A DNA stretch of 64,000 nt, taken from Octopus sinensis. Taxonomy: Eukaryota. Location of the stretch: NCBI RefSeq assembly GCF_006345805.1, contig NC_043022.1, forward strand, positions 5,828,001 to 5,892,000, written 5' to 3'. The translations under genes and the position numbers were made by a program. The notes below the pieces were generated by a model. It was given only the letters and a program-made list of their open reading frames with translations. It did no database searches and was not told where the DNA came from. Below, piece by piece: positions 26,278 to 39,045 of the stretch (its first letter is position 1; each line of letters opens with the position of its first letter).

Positions 26278-26909
26278 TTCAAATTCACTTTATCCTAATT
26301 AAATCATTCTAAATGACTCGAGATACTCGTTCTGCCTTGGTTTTGATTTTCTTCTACAACCCACGATATTTCAGGTAATATAATATAGATGTTAAATTAA
26401 AATTTCAAAATTAAGGTTTAGAAAGGGGTCATTAAATGCAGTAGCCAAACCTTGTTTTGGGTAAGTCCCAAGAAGTGTGCCTGTGAAGCACATTTTCCAT
26501 TTATGGCTACCAGGTTGTCACTGGCGTTAGTGTGCATTCATTGCTGGATCTATTCCCAGAATTCCTAGGGTCACGTTGGGTAAATTTTAAATGATTGGTA
26601 TAGAAGACGGAGTGTAACTAGAAGCTTTATCAGCATGACAATTGTTTCGACTTCATTCTGCACAGCTCCCGATTGGGTGTGGCACAATGTAATGACATCA
26701 GATGCAACGCACAGTGAAGTTGACCAAAATGCGTGTGAACTGCCAGCAACTCACCACCAGCATAGAATCTTGGGAGTGAAAACGAGATGTAAATCTTATA
26801 ACTTTTGAAATCACCTGAAGATGTTCCCTGCACTGTGAATTGCATCATCCCACACCCACTGGGGAGCAGTGCTAAAGGTAAGATCCAAGGATCTTACATA
26901 TCATATGCT

Positions 26910-27295
26910 CTCTTTTCTTTTTCTTTTATTTGTTTCAGCCATTTGACTGTGGCCATGCTGGAGCACTGCCTTTAGTCGAACAAACCAACCCCTGGACTTA
27001 TTCTTTGTAAGCCTAGTACTTATTCTATCAATCTCTTTTGCTGAACCGCAAAACACACCATAAACACACCGGCATCGATTGTCAAGCAATGGTAGGGGAC
27101 AAACATAGACACACACACATACATATACATCTATATATGATGGGCTTCTTTCAGTTTCCGTCCACCAAATCCACTCACAAGGCTTTGGTTGGCCCGAGGC
27201 TATAGTAGAAGACACTTGCCCAAGGTGCCATGCAGTGGGACTGAACCCAGAGCCATGTGGTTGGTAAGCAAGCTATTTACCACACAACCAATACC
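26910..27295 (-). mobile_element. SINE family B
   Basis: Both halves present. Confidence 0.85.
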
Positions 27296-27324
27296 TCTAT
27301 ACACATATTATAAAGATATATATA

Positions 27325-27371
<47 letters not shown>

Positions 27372-27504
27372 GTTTCAGGTGCAGGCGGAACATATATAAA
27401 CAGTCTGGTCCAGGATAATGCTGAGTTTAAATACCTTGCAAGAAGCAGAAATATGATTCATAAGTATTTGCATGTCATCTGGTCAATGAGTGACTAAGTC
27501 ATCT

Positions 27505-27957
27505 GTATAATTGCTGTGTACTGTGAATCTGTACTGACATCGCTCCTTTTTTCATGTGAGGAGACATGGACCCTTTACAAACATCATGTAAAGGTCCTTG
27601 AACGCTTCCAACAGCGATGTCTGAGACACATTCTGAATGCTGGCTGGACCTCAAAATCTCCAGACACACACGTCCTGAGGACAGTTGATATCTTGAGTAT
27701 TGAGGCGATGGTGCACAAGCATCGGCTACGTTGGACTGGACACCTTATGAGAATGAAGGATAGCAGGATCCCTAAGTAGATGCTACATGGGGAACTTGTT
27801 AGTGGAAAGTGACCCCAGCAGAAGCCAAGACTGTGATTTAAGGACTGGGTAAAGTCCTCGTTAAAGGCCTGTTAAATGTGGGATGCTGAGTGTGATAGTA
27901 ATGTTTGTCATTTCCACGGATGGAGGAAACAGGTAAAGCGGGGAGTCGATACCTTTG
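27505..27957 (+). mobile_element. RTE-clade LINE 3' fragment (RTE-1-like), with stop codons
   Basis: ETWTLYKHHVKVLERFQQRCLRHIL...SIEAMVHKHRLRWTGHLMRMKDSRIPK*MLHGEL.SGK, the typical RTE C-terminal region. Confidence 0.85.
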
Positions 27958-28345
27958 ACGTTCTGAGTTCAAAACCCGCCGAGGTCGACTTTGCCTTTCA
28001 TCCTTTCGGGGTCGATAAATTAAGTACCTATTTCTTTATTACCCACAAGGGGCTAAACATAGAGGGAACAAACAAGGACAGACATAGGTATTAAGTCGAT
28101 TACATCGACCCCAGTGCGTAACTGGTACTTAATTTATCGACCCCGAAAGGATGAAAGGCAAAGTCGACCTCGGCGGAATTTGAACTCACAACGTAACGAC
28201 AGACGAAATACCGCTAAGCATTTCGCCCGGCGTGCTAACGATAAATTAAGTACCAGTTACACACTGGGGTCGATGTAATCGACTCAATCCGTTAGTCTGT
28301 CCTTGTTTGTCCCCTCTGTGTTTAGCCCCTTGTGGGCAATAAAGA
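27958..28345 (+). mobile_element. SINE A1 host copy interrupted by an antisense A1 insertion
   Basis: Host sequence resumes after the duplicated cgataaattaagtacc. Confidence 0.85.
28029..28238 (-). mobile_element. Young SINE A1 inserted antisense into SINE A
   Basis: Flanking direct repeat cgataaattaagtacc at 28013-28028 and 28239-28254. Confidence 0.9.
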
Positions 28346-28789
28346 AACAGATACCTTTGAGAGTCACATATTCTGTACAAAGAATTCAAGTGTGCTGCTT
28401 GAAAACGCACTGCTAGAGTAATGAATGGGGAAAGCTTGGTCTGCAATGTTTGCAGTTGTGTAAGTTTGCCAAGAGCGGGGCTCGTTAGTCACCAATGGAG
28501 CCGCAGGTGTAAAGCATAAGGTAGTCTTGAGTGCACAATGTTCTAAAGGGCAGTAACGGTTATCCTTGGTCACAAGTGGACAGCCATCATCATATATGTG
28601 TGTGTAAGTGTGTGTGTGTGAGAGTGTGTGTGTGAGAGTGTGTGTGAGAGTGTGTGTGTGAGAGTGTGTGTGTGAGAGTGTGTGTGTGAGAGTGTGTGTG
28701 TGAGAGTGTGTGTGTGAGAGCGAGTGTGTGAGAGTGTGTGTGTGAGAGTGTGTGTGAGAGTGTGTGTGTGAGTGTGTGTATACACACAC

Positions 28790-28821
<32 letters not shown>

Positions 28822-28898
28822 ATCCTACTTATTTATATTTATATACACTTGACACACACAAATAAATGTGCATGTGTGTGTTTGTATATATATGTGTG

Positions 28899-28929
<31 letters not shown>

Positions 28930-28930
<1 letters not shown>

Positions 28931-29075
28931 CATCCAGCTGTAGAAACATTGCCAATAGACTGGGCCTGGTGCGATTTCTGGCTTCCAAGATCCCCGGTCG
29001 AATCCTCCAACCCCCGGTCGAATCCTCCAACGGATGCTAGCAGAAACGACGTTAAACGATGATGATATGATGATG
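28930..29075 (+). mobile_element. Family D 3' fragment with a small internal duplication
   Basis: catccagctgtagaaac...; ccccggtcgaatcctccaa occurs twice. Confidence 0.75.
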
Positions 29076-29130
29076 ATATACATATATTAAATACAAAACG
29101 GGAATAGAACGCAAAACATCAGGACATTAT

Positions 29131-29199
<69 letters not shown>

Positions 29200-29579
29200 A
29201 ATATATGTTGGATATATATGTATGTGTGTGTGGGAGTAAATATAGCTATGGTTTACTGAAACTAACCCCACCAATCATATACACACACTCAAACACGTAT
29301 GAATGCACTTTGAAATGGAAACAAATTTGTAAACAAGAGCATTAACAAGTATGTGGGTGTGAGAGACAAGTATGCGTGTGTGTGTGTGTGTCAGTGTGTG
29401 CAGACACACACACACACATGTGTATATGTATGTAGATATGGTTACAAGCTAAATTTTATTTCCATGGAAACATAATCCCTAAATGAATTCTGGGTTTACA
29501 GAATAAATTGGTAAATGCTTGAAGGATTTACTATAGGGAGCGGGCAGGGGTGGGGGTGGGGAGTGGAGTAGGAGAGATG

Positions 29580-30209
29580 TCACCTAAACAGGGGCTGGGG
29601 AAGGAGAGAGAGTGGGGGAGAGAGTAAATAAGATGAAGAGATGAAAGGAAGGATAGCAAGAAGGAATAGGATAAACAAATAATAAAGGGGAAAATGGGAT
29701 AGAGAGAGAGGGAGAGGGAGAGAGAAAGGGGAATAAAGAGAGGGGAGGAGGAGGGATATAGAGAGAGGGGGATTAATGAAATAAAGAGATAGATAGAGAA
29801 ATGGACTAAGGAGATAAAGAGAAGGAGGAGGAGTAGAGAGATAGAGGGAGGGGGATTAATGAAATAGAGAGAGAGGAAATGGACTAAAAAATAGAGAGGG
29901 GTTAATGAGAGAGGGAGGGGGAGGTTAATGAAATCAGGAATGAGAGTGAGAGAGAGAGAAAGAGAGAGAAAGAGAGAGAGAGTGATTGAAAGAAATGGGG
30001 TATAGAGATAAGGAAAAAGAGAGAAAGAGAGAAGAGTAAAGAGAGAGAAAGAGAAGGGGAGTAAAGGGGATAAAGAGAGAGGTGTGCTAAGGAAGTAGAG
30101 AGAGAAGGAGGAGGAGTAAAAAGAAGGAAATGGGGAAAAAATGAGAGAAAAATGAGGGAGGGATGTGAAAAAGGGGGCAAGTGAAAGTAGAATGTATGGA
30201 AATGATAGA

Positions 30210-30250
<41 letters not shown>

Positions 30251-30255
30251 TGAGG
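29580..30255. repeat. Purine-rich (GA/GGA) low-complexity tract
   Basis: Direct reading. Confidence 0.9.
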
Positions 30256-30458
30256 GGGAGTGAGAGGTGGTGGAAGTTGTTGTTAAGGGTCAGTGAAGGA
30301 TTTTAAGAATTTGCAAGGATCAAAGTCTTGTAAATGACCAATTTCTTTGTAATGGCAGGAAAGCTGCTATTTATTGGAGAAAGGAAAAAAAAACAGAATG
30401 TTGTGATGTTCATCCATTTCTTAAAAGAACCTACAAACAAAGTGAAAATTTGTTGGAA

Positions 30459-30917
30459 TTGGAACCTAGATTAGCATAAACGTCACGGGGCACTTTTGCA
30501 ATATTTACCTCTCAAAGACAAATGGTTTTAGGAACCAAAGTTTAAGAGTTGGGAGAATAACATGGAACCTTGTTCACACCTGCTTCATCTGTAGGGAGTG
30601 GTAATGCTAGTCTCTCAGACAGGGCTGGATTAAAACCCATAAAGGCCTTAACCCTTTAGTGTTTAAACTGGCCATATCCGGCCGAAGTTTTCTACCAATT
30701 TTATGTTTAATCTGACCAGATCAGGGCTCTCACACCTAACCTACATTGACATTATAAAAATAAACAATCACATCATTGAAACCTCAAAACTATAAGACAA
30801 TGCATGATTAATTAAAAACAATTTGAGTAAAAAAATATTACATTTAACAGAGTAATCTGAACACAGAAGGGTTAAGCACTTAAAAGATTTTGGTGCCTCC
30901 AGATATATGAAGTTCAA
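30459..30917 (+). repeat. Local duplication, copy 1 (paralogous to 32964-33198)
   Basis: Near-identical ~235 bp once the MITE is removed. Confidence 0.95.
30652..30871. mobile_element. piggyBac-type MITE (220 bp) with TTAA TSD
   Basis: TTAA at 30648-30651 and 30872-30875; CCCTT...AAGGG ends; empty site (single TTAA) at 33153-33156. Confidence 0.9.
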
Positions 30918-30958
30918 AATATAAACAACAACAAACCATAAAATAAATTTTCATTTTT

Positions 30959-31352
30959 GCAAGAGTGGCTGTGTGGTAAGTAGCTTGCTAACCAACCACA
31001 TGGTTCCGGGTTCAGTCCCACTGCATGGCATCTTGGTCAAGTGTCTTCTGCTATAGTCCCGGGCCGACCAATGCCTTGTGAGTGGATTTGGTAGACGGAA
31101 ACTGAAAGAAGCCTGTCGTATATATGTATATATATATATGTGTTTGTGTGTCTGTGTTTGTCCCCCTAGCATTGCTTGTGTTTACGTCCCCGTCACTTAG
31201 CGGTTCGGCAAAAGAGACCGATAGAATAAGTACTGGGCTTACAAAGAATAAGTCCTGGGGTCGATTTGCTCGACTAAAGGCGGTGCTCCAGCATGGCCGC
31301 AGTCAAATGACTGAAACAAGTAAAAGAGTAAAAGAGTAAAAGAGTAAAGAGA
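30959..31352 (+). mobile_element. SINE family B, full length, young
   Basis: Near-identical to 53463-53878. Confidence 0.92.
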
Positions 31353-32229
31353 AACAAAATTAATTGCAAGATGGAAAATAATATTTATTTTTCTATTTCA
31401 TATACTTTCACTTCATTTATATTTTAAAAGTTTTCTCTTATTTTTTTGAAAAATTGCAAAATCTTTGATCAGATCCTCAAAATTAATCTTACAAAACACA
31501 TCTGCTTCTATACTCAGCAGAGATAAGGCATCCAGCCTGTCTGGTTGCATAGGTGTTCTGATGAGATTTTCAACTGAGAAAATGGATGGTCAGCCAAGCA
31601 ATTTGTGACCCTTAATGTTAAGAATATACAAAAGGCAATGCCTACATTCAGAAAGGCAAACTCAATAATGTCTATTTTTGTATACTTCCACTTTATTTAA
31701 GTTTTCTCCTAATTTTTGTTAATTGCAAAGTCTTTAATCAGATCCTCATTATGACATCATGAAGACTTTGAAATTATATTTCTGATCATATAAACCATTT
31801 TGAATATTATTTCAGCAAGTTTAAAGTGATTTCTTTTGTACTGTGAACCATTTACCATTTCTGTGGCGCCCCACCGCCTCCCTTGATGCCCCAAGCACAT
31901 GCTTATTTTGCTTAATGGTTAATCAGTTCAAATTTTGACAATTTGCATTGCCTGGTCAACATCTGTGGATACTCATGTGACTTCTTAGGCCAAAGGCAGG
32001 GGCACAAATACAGTTGCTGGCTTGGCAAGGAACACCACTTCTTGGGGTAGAAGCAGACACCTTTTGGGGTCGCAAGATTTGTAAACCCGTGCAACCCAAG
32101 CCAGGTAGGAAAGCAGGTATAAATGATACTCACATAAAATATACATCTGTATGAATGTGTGTCTATGTGCATATGTGTGTGTTCATATGTGTGTACATGC
32201 ACGTGCTTGAGTGTATACATATATGTGTG

Positions 32230-32271
<42 letters not shown>

Positions 32272-32963
32272 CATCATTTTCTTCCTGCTTTCCAATCTGG
32301 TCTAGGTCGGATGGTTCAACAGGATCTGATGTGCCACAGTACCATGTTGGGGTCCAATGCCACATGTTTCACATGGTTTCCATGGTTGAATGCCAGTTTA
32401 TCTTTCCATGTTAACATGGGTTGCATGGGAGCACATTCAAGGCAAGAATTTACAGCTGGATGCTCTTCCTATCACCAACCCTTACTTGATTTTCAGGTTT
32501 TTGTGTCTGCTCCCTGCAACCTAAGCTCTAATTCCAGTACACACACACACACACATGCACACACATATGCACACACATGCATACATAGACTCATATGCAT
32601 GCACACAAACACATACAACACACATGCATGTACTCATATGCACACACACACACATCTTTTTCATAGGGTGGGGGGGTAAAAAAATATAATACCTTGTCAA
32701 TCCTTCAGTATTGTTAGACAACATTCACCCCCCCCCCCTCCCACACACCCACCCAAAAACTTCCCTTACAACATAGATAAAAAGGCTAGGCTGAAATAAA
32801 GGGTCAATGACCTTATATCAGTGAATGAAGTGGCAAACAATAAGATTTGGATAAGTTGAATAAGCCACGATTTATTCCTTTCATTATAAAAATAAGATTT
32901 CCAAACGAGAATGATGAGTTAGGAACAAGGACTGAACAAGGACTTCAGTTCTGCAGGGTCTGT

Positions 32964-33198
32964 TTGGAACCAAGATTAGCATAAACGTCACGGGGCACTT
33001 TTGCAATATTTACCTCTCAAAGACAAATGGTTTTAGGAACCAAAGTTTAAGAGTCGGGAGAATAACATGGAACCTTGTTCACTCCTGTTTCATCTGTGGG
33101 GAATGGTAATGCTAGTCTCTCAGACAGGGCTGGATTAAAACCCATAAAGGCCTTAAGCACTTAAAAGATTTTGGTGCCTCCAGATATATGAAGTTCAA
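32964..33198 (+). repeat. Local duplication, copy 2 (empty site)
   Basis: ggccttaagcactt lacks the MITE. Confidence 0.95.
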
Positions 33199-33597
33199 GG
33201 GTTTGCTAAGGGTTTGCTGTCTGTTGCAATAACAATGAAGACCAGAGAAGGCTGGTTGAAGAAAGCTGTGAGACAGGCTAGATTTTTGGTTCATCGATGC
33301 TGGTTGTGTATGGTCAACGGCTGCGGCCAAAGACCAAGCCAGGTAGAAGAGAAGGGTTTTTATAACATTTTGGTTGGCTCCAGAGACAAAGAGGTCTTGA
33401 AAACAAACTGTTGCAAACACACGATTGTACAATTAGTAACCAACCAATACATGTTTGACTAGCCACTGGATCATGTGACTCAATGAAAAGGTCAGGTGAG
33501 CCCATTCTGCAGCATTTAAGCCTAAACAACCAAACATAATAAAAGCCTGACACACTTCTGCTACAACTTTGTCTCCTCACACCAACACTCTCTACAG

Positions 33598-34428
33598 CAG
33601 CGGTTCTCAACCAGGGTCCATATGGTCCTTGAGGGTCTATATAAGATTTTTGGGGTCCACACAACAAAACAGTAAATTGGGGACCCACAATGGTATTATA
33701 AAACTTCTGCTTTCTCTCTTTCTCTTTTACTTGTTTCAGTCATTTGACTGCGGCCATGCTGGAGCACCGCCTTTAGTCGAGCAAATCGACCCCGGGACTT
33801 ATTCTTTGTAAGCCCAGTACTTATTCTATCGGTCTCTTTTGCCGAACCGCTAAGTGACGGGGGACGTAAACACACCAGCATCGGTTGTCAAGCAATGCTA
33901 GGGGGACAAACACAGGCACACAAACACACACACACATATATATATATATACATATATATAATACAAAATGAGAAAATGGAGAAACATACTTAAATCAATC
34001 AATCAATCATCAACCATCAGATAATACCCAATCAATACTTTATTACACCATTACATAACAGCAATAACATTATACATAATATATTACAAATATAACTAGA
34101 CATGGAAATAGAAATATAAAATACAATTACATCATATCTGAATTTACAACCCCTATCTCATTTTATATATATATATATATATACAACAGGCTTCTTTCAG
34201 TTAATACTTACAGCTTTAGATGTAAGTATTGTAAGAATGAGCCAGGTTCCTTTCTCTGACTTTTTACATAAGTTCAACCTTCACAAGTGAATGTCTGATG
34301 GACAAAATAGGAATTTTGAAGGAAGTCCCTAGAAAACTAGTTTTTAAACATCGAATGGCTACCGGGGTCCACCAGAATAGAATAGCAATCAAACGGGACC
34401 ATAGATAAAAAATGGTTGAGACCCTCTG
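33598..34428. mobile_element. hAT/Charlie-like non-autonomous element ends, with a nested SINE B 3' half (33716-33950, minus strand)
   Basis: cagcggttctcaacc ... ggttgagaccctctg imperfect TIRs; flanks ctctacag / ctctagac resemble the NTCTAGAN Charlie target. Confidence 0.5.
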
Positions 34429-35084
34429 CTCTAGACGAATACTGAAGCAGGTAGATAGCAGGGATGGATATTGTGGGTGTGCTAGGTGTGTGCTGCACCC
34501 ACCCACCCCCCGTCGAAAATGGCAAATTCATTATAAATATTAATCTTACTCGTTAATTTAATTATAAATCTTAATGGGAAACTTTTGTTATACCCCCTGC
34601 TTGGAATTTGGTGGTAATGGGTGGGGCAGCACATCCAGGGGCAGCACAACCACCAAGGGCCAGTGGTAGGTAGGCAGGTAGGTATGGAGGTAGACAGACA
34701 GACAGATCGATTGATTGATTGATTGATTGAGTGAGTGATTGATTATGCAGGAAATGGTGTGTGTGTGTGGGAGGAATCAACCTTGACTGACAGAGCTCCC
34801 TGACCCCTATAGATTTAATGTGTATGTATGTGTTAATGTGTAGACATAGTGTGTGTGTGTGTGTGTGTGTGTAGTTAGGGGATACGAGTGGGTTGAAGAA
34901 GACTTGGAATAACTTCCCATCACACGGAAACGACTGTGTCACATTTAGTAGACACTTCGTTAGTCATTATTCGTTATTCGTTATTCAATATTTAACATTT
35001 ACCGAGTGTTGTTGTTATCTTTATATGTAAGAAACCATAGGTGTGTGTTTGAAGCCATACGTGCAAATGAACACCTATAAGACA

Positions 35085-35520
35085 CACACACACACACACA
35101 CACACACGAATGTGCTCATATGCACACACTCACACACACACACACACACGAATGTGCTCATATGCACACACTCACACACACACACACACACGAATGTGCT
35201 CATATGCACACACTCACACACACACGAATGTGCTCATATGTACACACTCACACACACACACACACGAATGTGCTCATATGTACACACTCACACACACACA
35301 CACACACGAATGTGCTCATATGCACACACTCACACACACGAATGTGCTCATATGTACACACTTACACACACACACACACACGAATGTGCTCATATGCACA
35401 CACTCACACACACACGAATGTGCTCATATGTACACACTCACACACACACACGAATGTGCTCATATGCACACACTCACACACACACACACGAATGTGCTCA
35501 TATGCACACACTCACACACA
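35085..35520. repeat. Compound minisatellite: cgaatgtgctcatat(g/gt)cacacact core with variable (CA)n, about 11 units
   Basis: Direct reading. Confidence 0.95.
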
Positions 35521-36018
35521 GACATGCACATACACACACATGTACATGTACATACGCATACACATACACACATACACACTCACACATACACACACACACA
35601 TACACACACACACATGCATATTCAGACATGCTTACACACTCAATGCCATTCTACACACACACTCACACACATTCAACATATACACATGCATTTTTGCTCA
35701 CATACTCATATACACTCTTCCAACACACACATATATACATACATATATATACACACACACACACACAAAACGTTACACAGATATTTATATACACAAGCAC
35801 AACATGCATACATACACAGCCACAGCACAAACACCATCCTACACACTTCTGCACGCTCACAATGGATACACATACACACACCATTGAACTCATACTCACA
35901 TACACACATTCAACATATAGTCATATACACCATCACATACATACATACACTGAACACACATACATACACTCTCTCTCTTTTCTTAGCATCTCTTCTCCTC
36001 ATCCCACGATTTACTGCA

Positions 36019-36066
<48 letters not shown>

Positions 36067-36074
36067 CTACATGT

Positions 36075-36284
36075 GTCTATCTATTTATCTATCTATCTAT
36101 CTGTCTGTCTATTTATCTATCAATCTACCTACCTGTCTGTCTATCTATCTAGTTACCTAGCTATCTACCTGTCTATCTATATATCCATCCATCTATCCAT
36201 CTATCTATCTTTCTATCTATCTATCTATCTGTATATCTATCTATCTATCTATCTATCTATCTGTCTATCTATCTATCTACCTAC

Positions 36285-36340
<56 letters not shown>

Positions 36341-36363
36341 TTGTCTATCTATCTATATATCTG

Positions 36364-36442
<79 letters not shown>

Positions 36443-36468
36443 GTCTGTCTATCTATCTACCTACCTAC

Positions 36469-36549
<81 letters not shown>

Positions 36550-36640
36550 AATTTATCTATCAATCTACCTACCTGCCTGTCTACCTATCTAGTTACCTGT
36601 CTACCTATCTACCTGCCTACCTGTATATCTATCTACCTAT
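36075..36640. repeat. (TCTA)n microsatellite
   Basis: Direct reading. Confidence 0.97.
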
Positions 36641-37213
36641 CTATCTTCTCCTCTTCATCTATCATTTCTCACCCACACCTTCCATACACAAGCGCAATCT
36701 TCTCCAACAACACAACACAAACAAAACATCCTACCATATCCTACGGTATGGAACAGTAGAATCTATTCCTTATTATGATCATCGTATCCTTTTGCTGGCA
36801 GCCATTTTATTGTCATCTCTCCTCCGTTCCACTTCTCTGGTTCCACCAACTTTGCAATCTGGTCTCAGATATTTTAGTAGAACAACTGGAGTTTATTTCC
36901 ATCCCCCTCCCCACTTCTCCCTCTGTCTTTTGTTTTGTGTTTTCAGTTTGTGTGTGTGAGGCACGTGGCTGCTGTGTGCAAATACTCAGGGTAGGCAGTA
37001 GGTGTTAATAAAGTGTCATTGAAAGCCATAGAACCATGAGACAGGAAGTAATTTTGACAAAAAATATAACACACACACACACACACACACACGCATAAAA
37101 CATACACACACACACACATGCATGCACACACACACACACATGCTCGCACGCACACATGCTCGCACACATGCATGCATATGCACACACACACACACACCAC
37201 ACACACACACACA

Positions 37214-37244
<31 letters not shown>

Positions 37245-37869
37245 AGGTCAGATTGATGCTTCTACACAAATAATGCAGGCAAAAGCAAGAAAACAATAAA
37301 AAGAAAAACCTCAAAAGCCCTCCCTCCCCTCCCTGCCGCACCACGTGTCTTTGAATCCTAAGACCCACTGCGTAGTAGTGGCCTTCATTCCTATCTCCAC
37401 CCCCCCCCCCCAAACTCCTTTCCAAAGTCTCACAGACATTCTGTCGCTGTTCTCCCTGTCAGGAATACAATGAACCAATATTCGGCCAGCTGGAATCTCA
37501 TAACCGACGGGGCCCCTCTTGTCCATGAAATGTAATGTAAAAGAAAATAATTGATAACCAATTCCAGGAGCCGAGATGTGCCACCGTAGAAATGGTGATT
37601 CTATAATCAGTCTGCATGCATTGTGTAGTGGAAGGATTAATATCTGATTCCTCTTAAATAATTGATGTATGCTGCCTCATCTCTTTTAGAACTGACGCAA
37701 TTAGAAGATTCCATGTATATTGCAATTGACTTTGTCTGTCACACTTGTCAGAATTTCTAAATGATGGAAGGGTTTGCGCTGTTGCGTTTTGTCGTCCTCC
37801 TCCTACGTTTTAAATTCACACTCAGCCGCGGCTGCCTCGGTTTTCCATTCCTCCAGAGTCTTCACTTTA

Positions 37870-39045
37870 TCTTAGTCATCCATTACAATTTGATTGCTGT
37901 CTCGGATGATTTATAGCAATACTAAACAAACTTTAGTATTTAACTGGTATATAATTTTACCAACATCAAACGGATGAACGATAAAGTTAGTATAAGTCTT
38001 CTATCATAATTGCATTCACATCTCGGATGTTTTACAGGAATGTTAAGTCTACCCCCAGTATATCACTGCTACTTTATTTTATCAACCCCCAGGAGGATGA
38101 AAGTTAGTCTTCTATAATAATTCTATTTACATCTAAGATTTTTTATAAGAATATTAAATTTACCCCAATATTTCACTGGTATTTTATCAACCCCAGGAGG
38201 GTGAAAATTAAAGTTAGTCTTCTATTATAATTCCATTTACATCTAAGATGCTCCATAAAAATATCTAATTTATCCTAGTATCATTATCATCATCATCATT
38301 GTTTAACGTCATGGCACGTAAAATGCACCAATCCGACCGTGGCCGATGCCAGCCTTGCCTGGCTCCAGTGCAGGCGGCACGTAAAAAGCACCCACTACAC
38401 TCACGGAGTGGTTGGCGTTAGGAAGGGCATCCAGCTGTAGAAACATTGCCAGATAAGACCGGAGCCTGGTGCAGCCTCCTGGCTTCCCAGATCCCCGGTC
38501 GAACCGTCCAACCCATGCTAGCATGGAGAACGGACGTTAAACGATAATGATGATGATGATGATGAGGATTTCCATGCTGGCATGGGTTGGACGGTTTGAC
38601 CAGGTCTGGTAAGCTGGAAGGCCGCACCAGGTTCCAGTCTGATTTGGCATGGTTTCTACAGCTGGATGCCCTTCCTAATGCCAACCACTCTGAGAAAGTA
38701 ATGGGTGCTTTAACGTGCCACTGGCATGGGTGCCATTTGTGTGACACTGCTATCAACTCCACAAGGATGAAAGACAAAGTTAGCAGTTTATTACGATTCC
38801 ATTGACATCTAGGATGTTTAATATGAATATTAACTCAACCCCAGTATATTACTGCTACTTTCTCATATCGGGATCAAGAGGACACAAGTTAAGTAAGTCT
38901 TAATCTTATATTTTAATTCCATTCATATCAAAGATGTTTTGTAAGTATATAAAATCAACCCCAGCATTTTACTGGTACTATATTTTCTCAAACATAGAGG
39001 GATGAGAGATTAAGTTAATCTTAATCTTCTATTATAATTCTAATG
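37870..39045. repeat. Diverged ~110-125 bp tandem repeat, apparently derived from antisense SINE A, interrupted by family D copies
   Basis: Recurring ccccagtat..actg(c/g)ta...ttttatcaacccc.ggaggatgaaa...gttagtcttcta; resembles the reverse complement of the A central domain. Confidence 0.65.
38281..38735. mobile_element. Antisense family D host split by a sense family D insertion (38311-38565)
   Basis: Host tail catcatt.gtttaacgtc ends at 38310 and resumes as tttccatgctggcatgggttggacgg after ~38566. Confidence 0.7.

Noticed and set aside
30620-31928. Larger DNA transposon enclosing the MITE and SINE B (cagggctggattaa ... ttaatggttaatcag)
   Set aside because: TIR similarity is too weak and no TSD was found.
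35043-36759. 369 and 549 aa ORFs
   Set aside because: Derived from (CA)n compound and (TCTA)n repeats.
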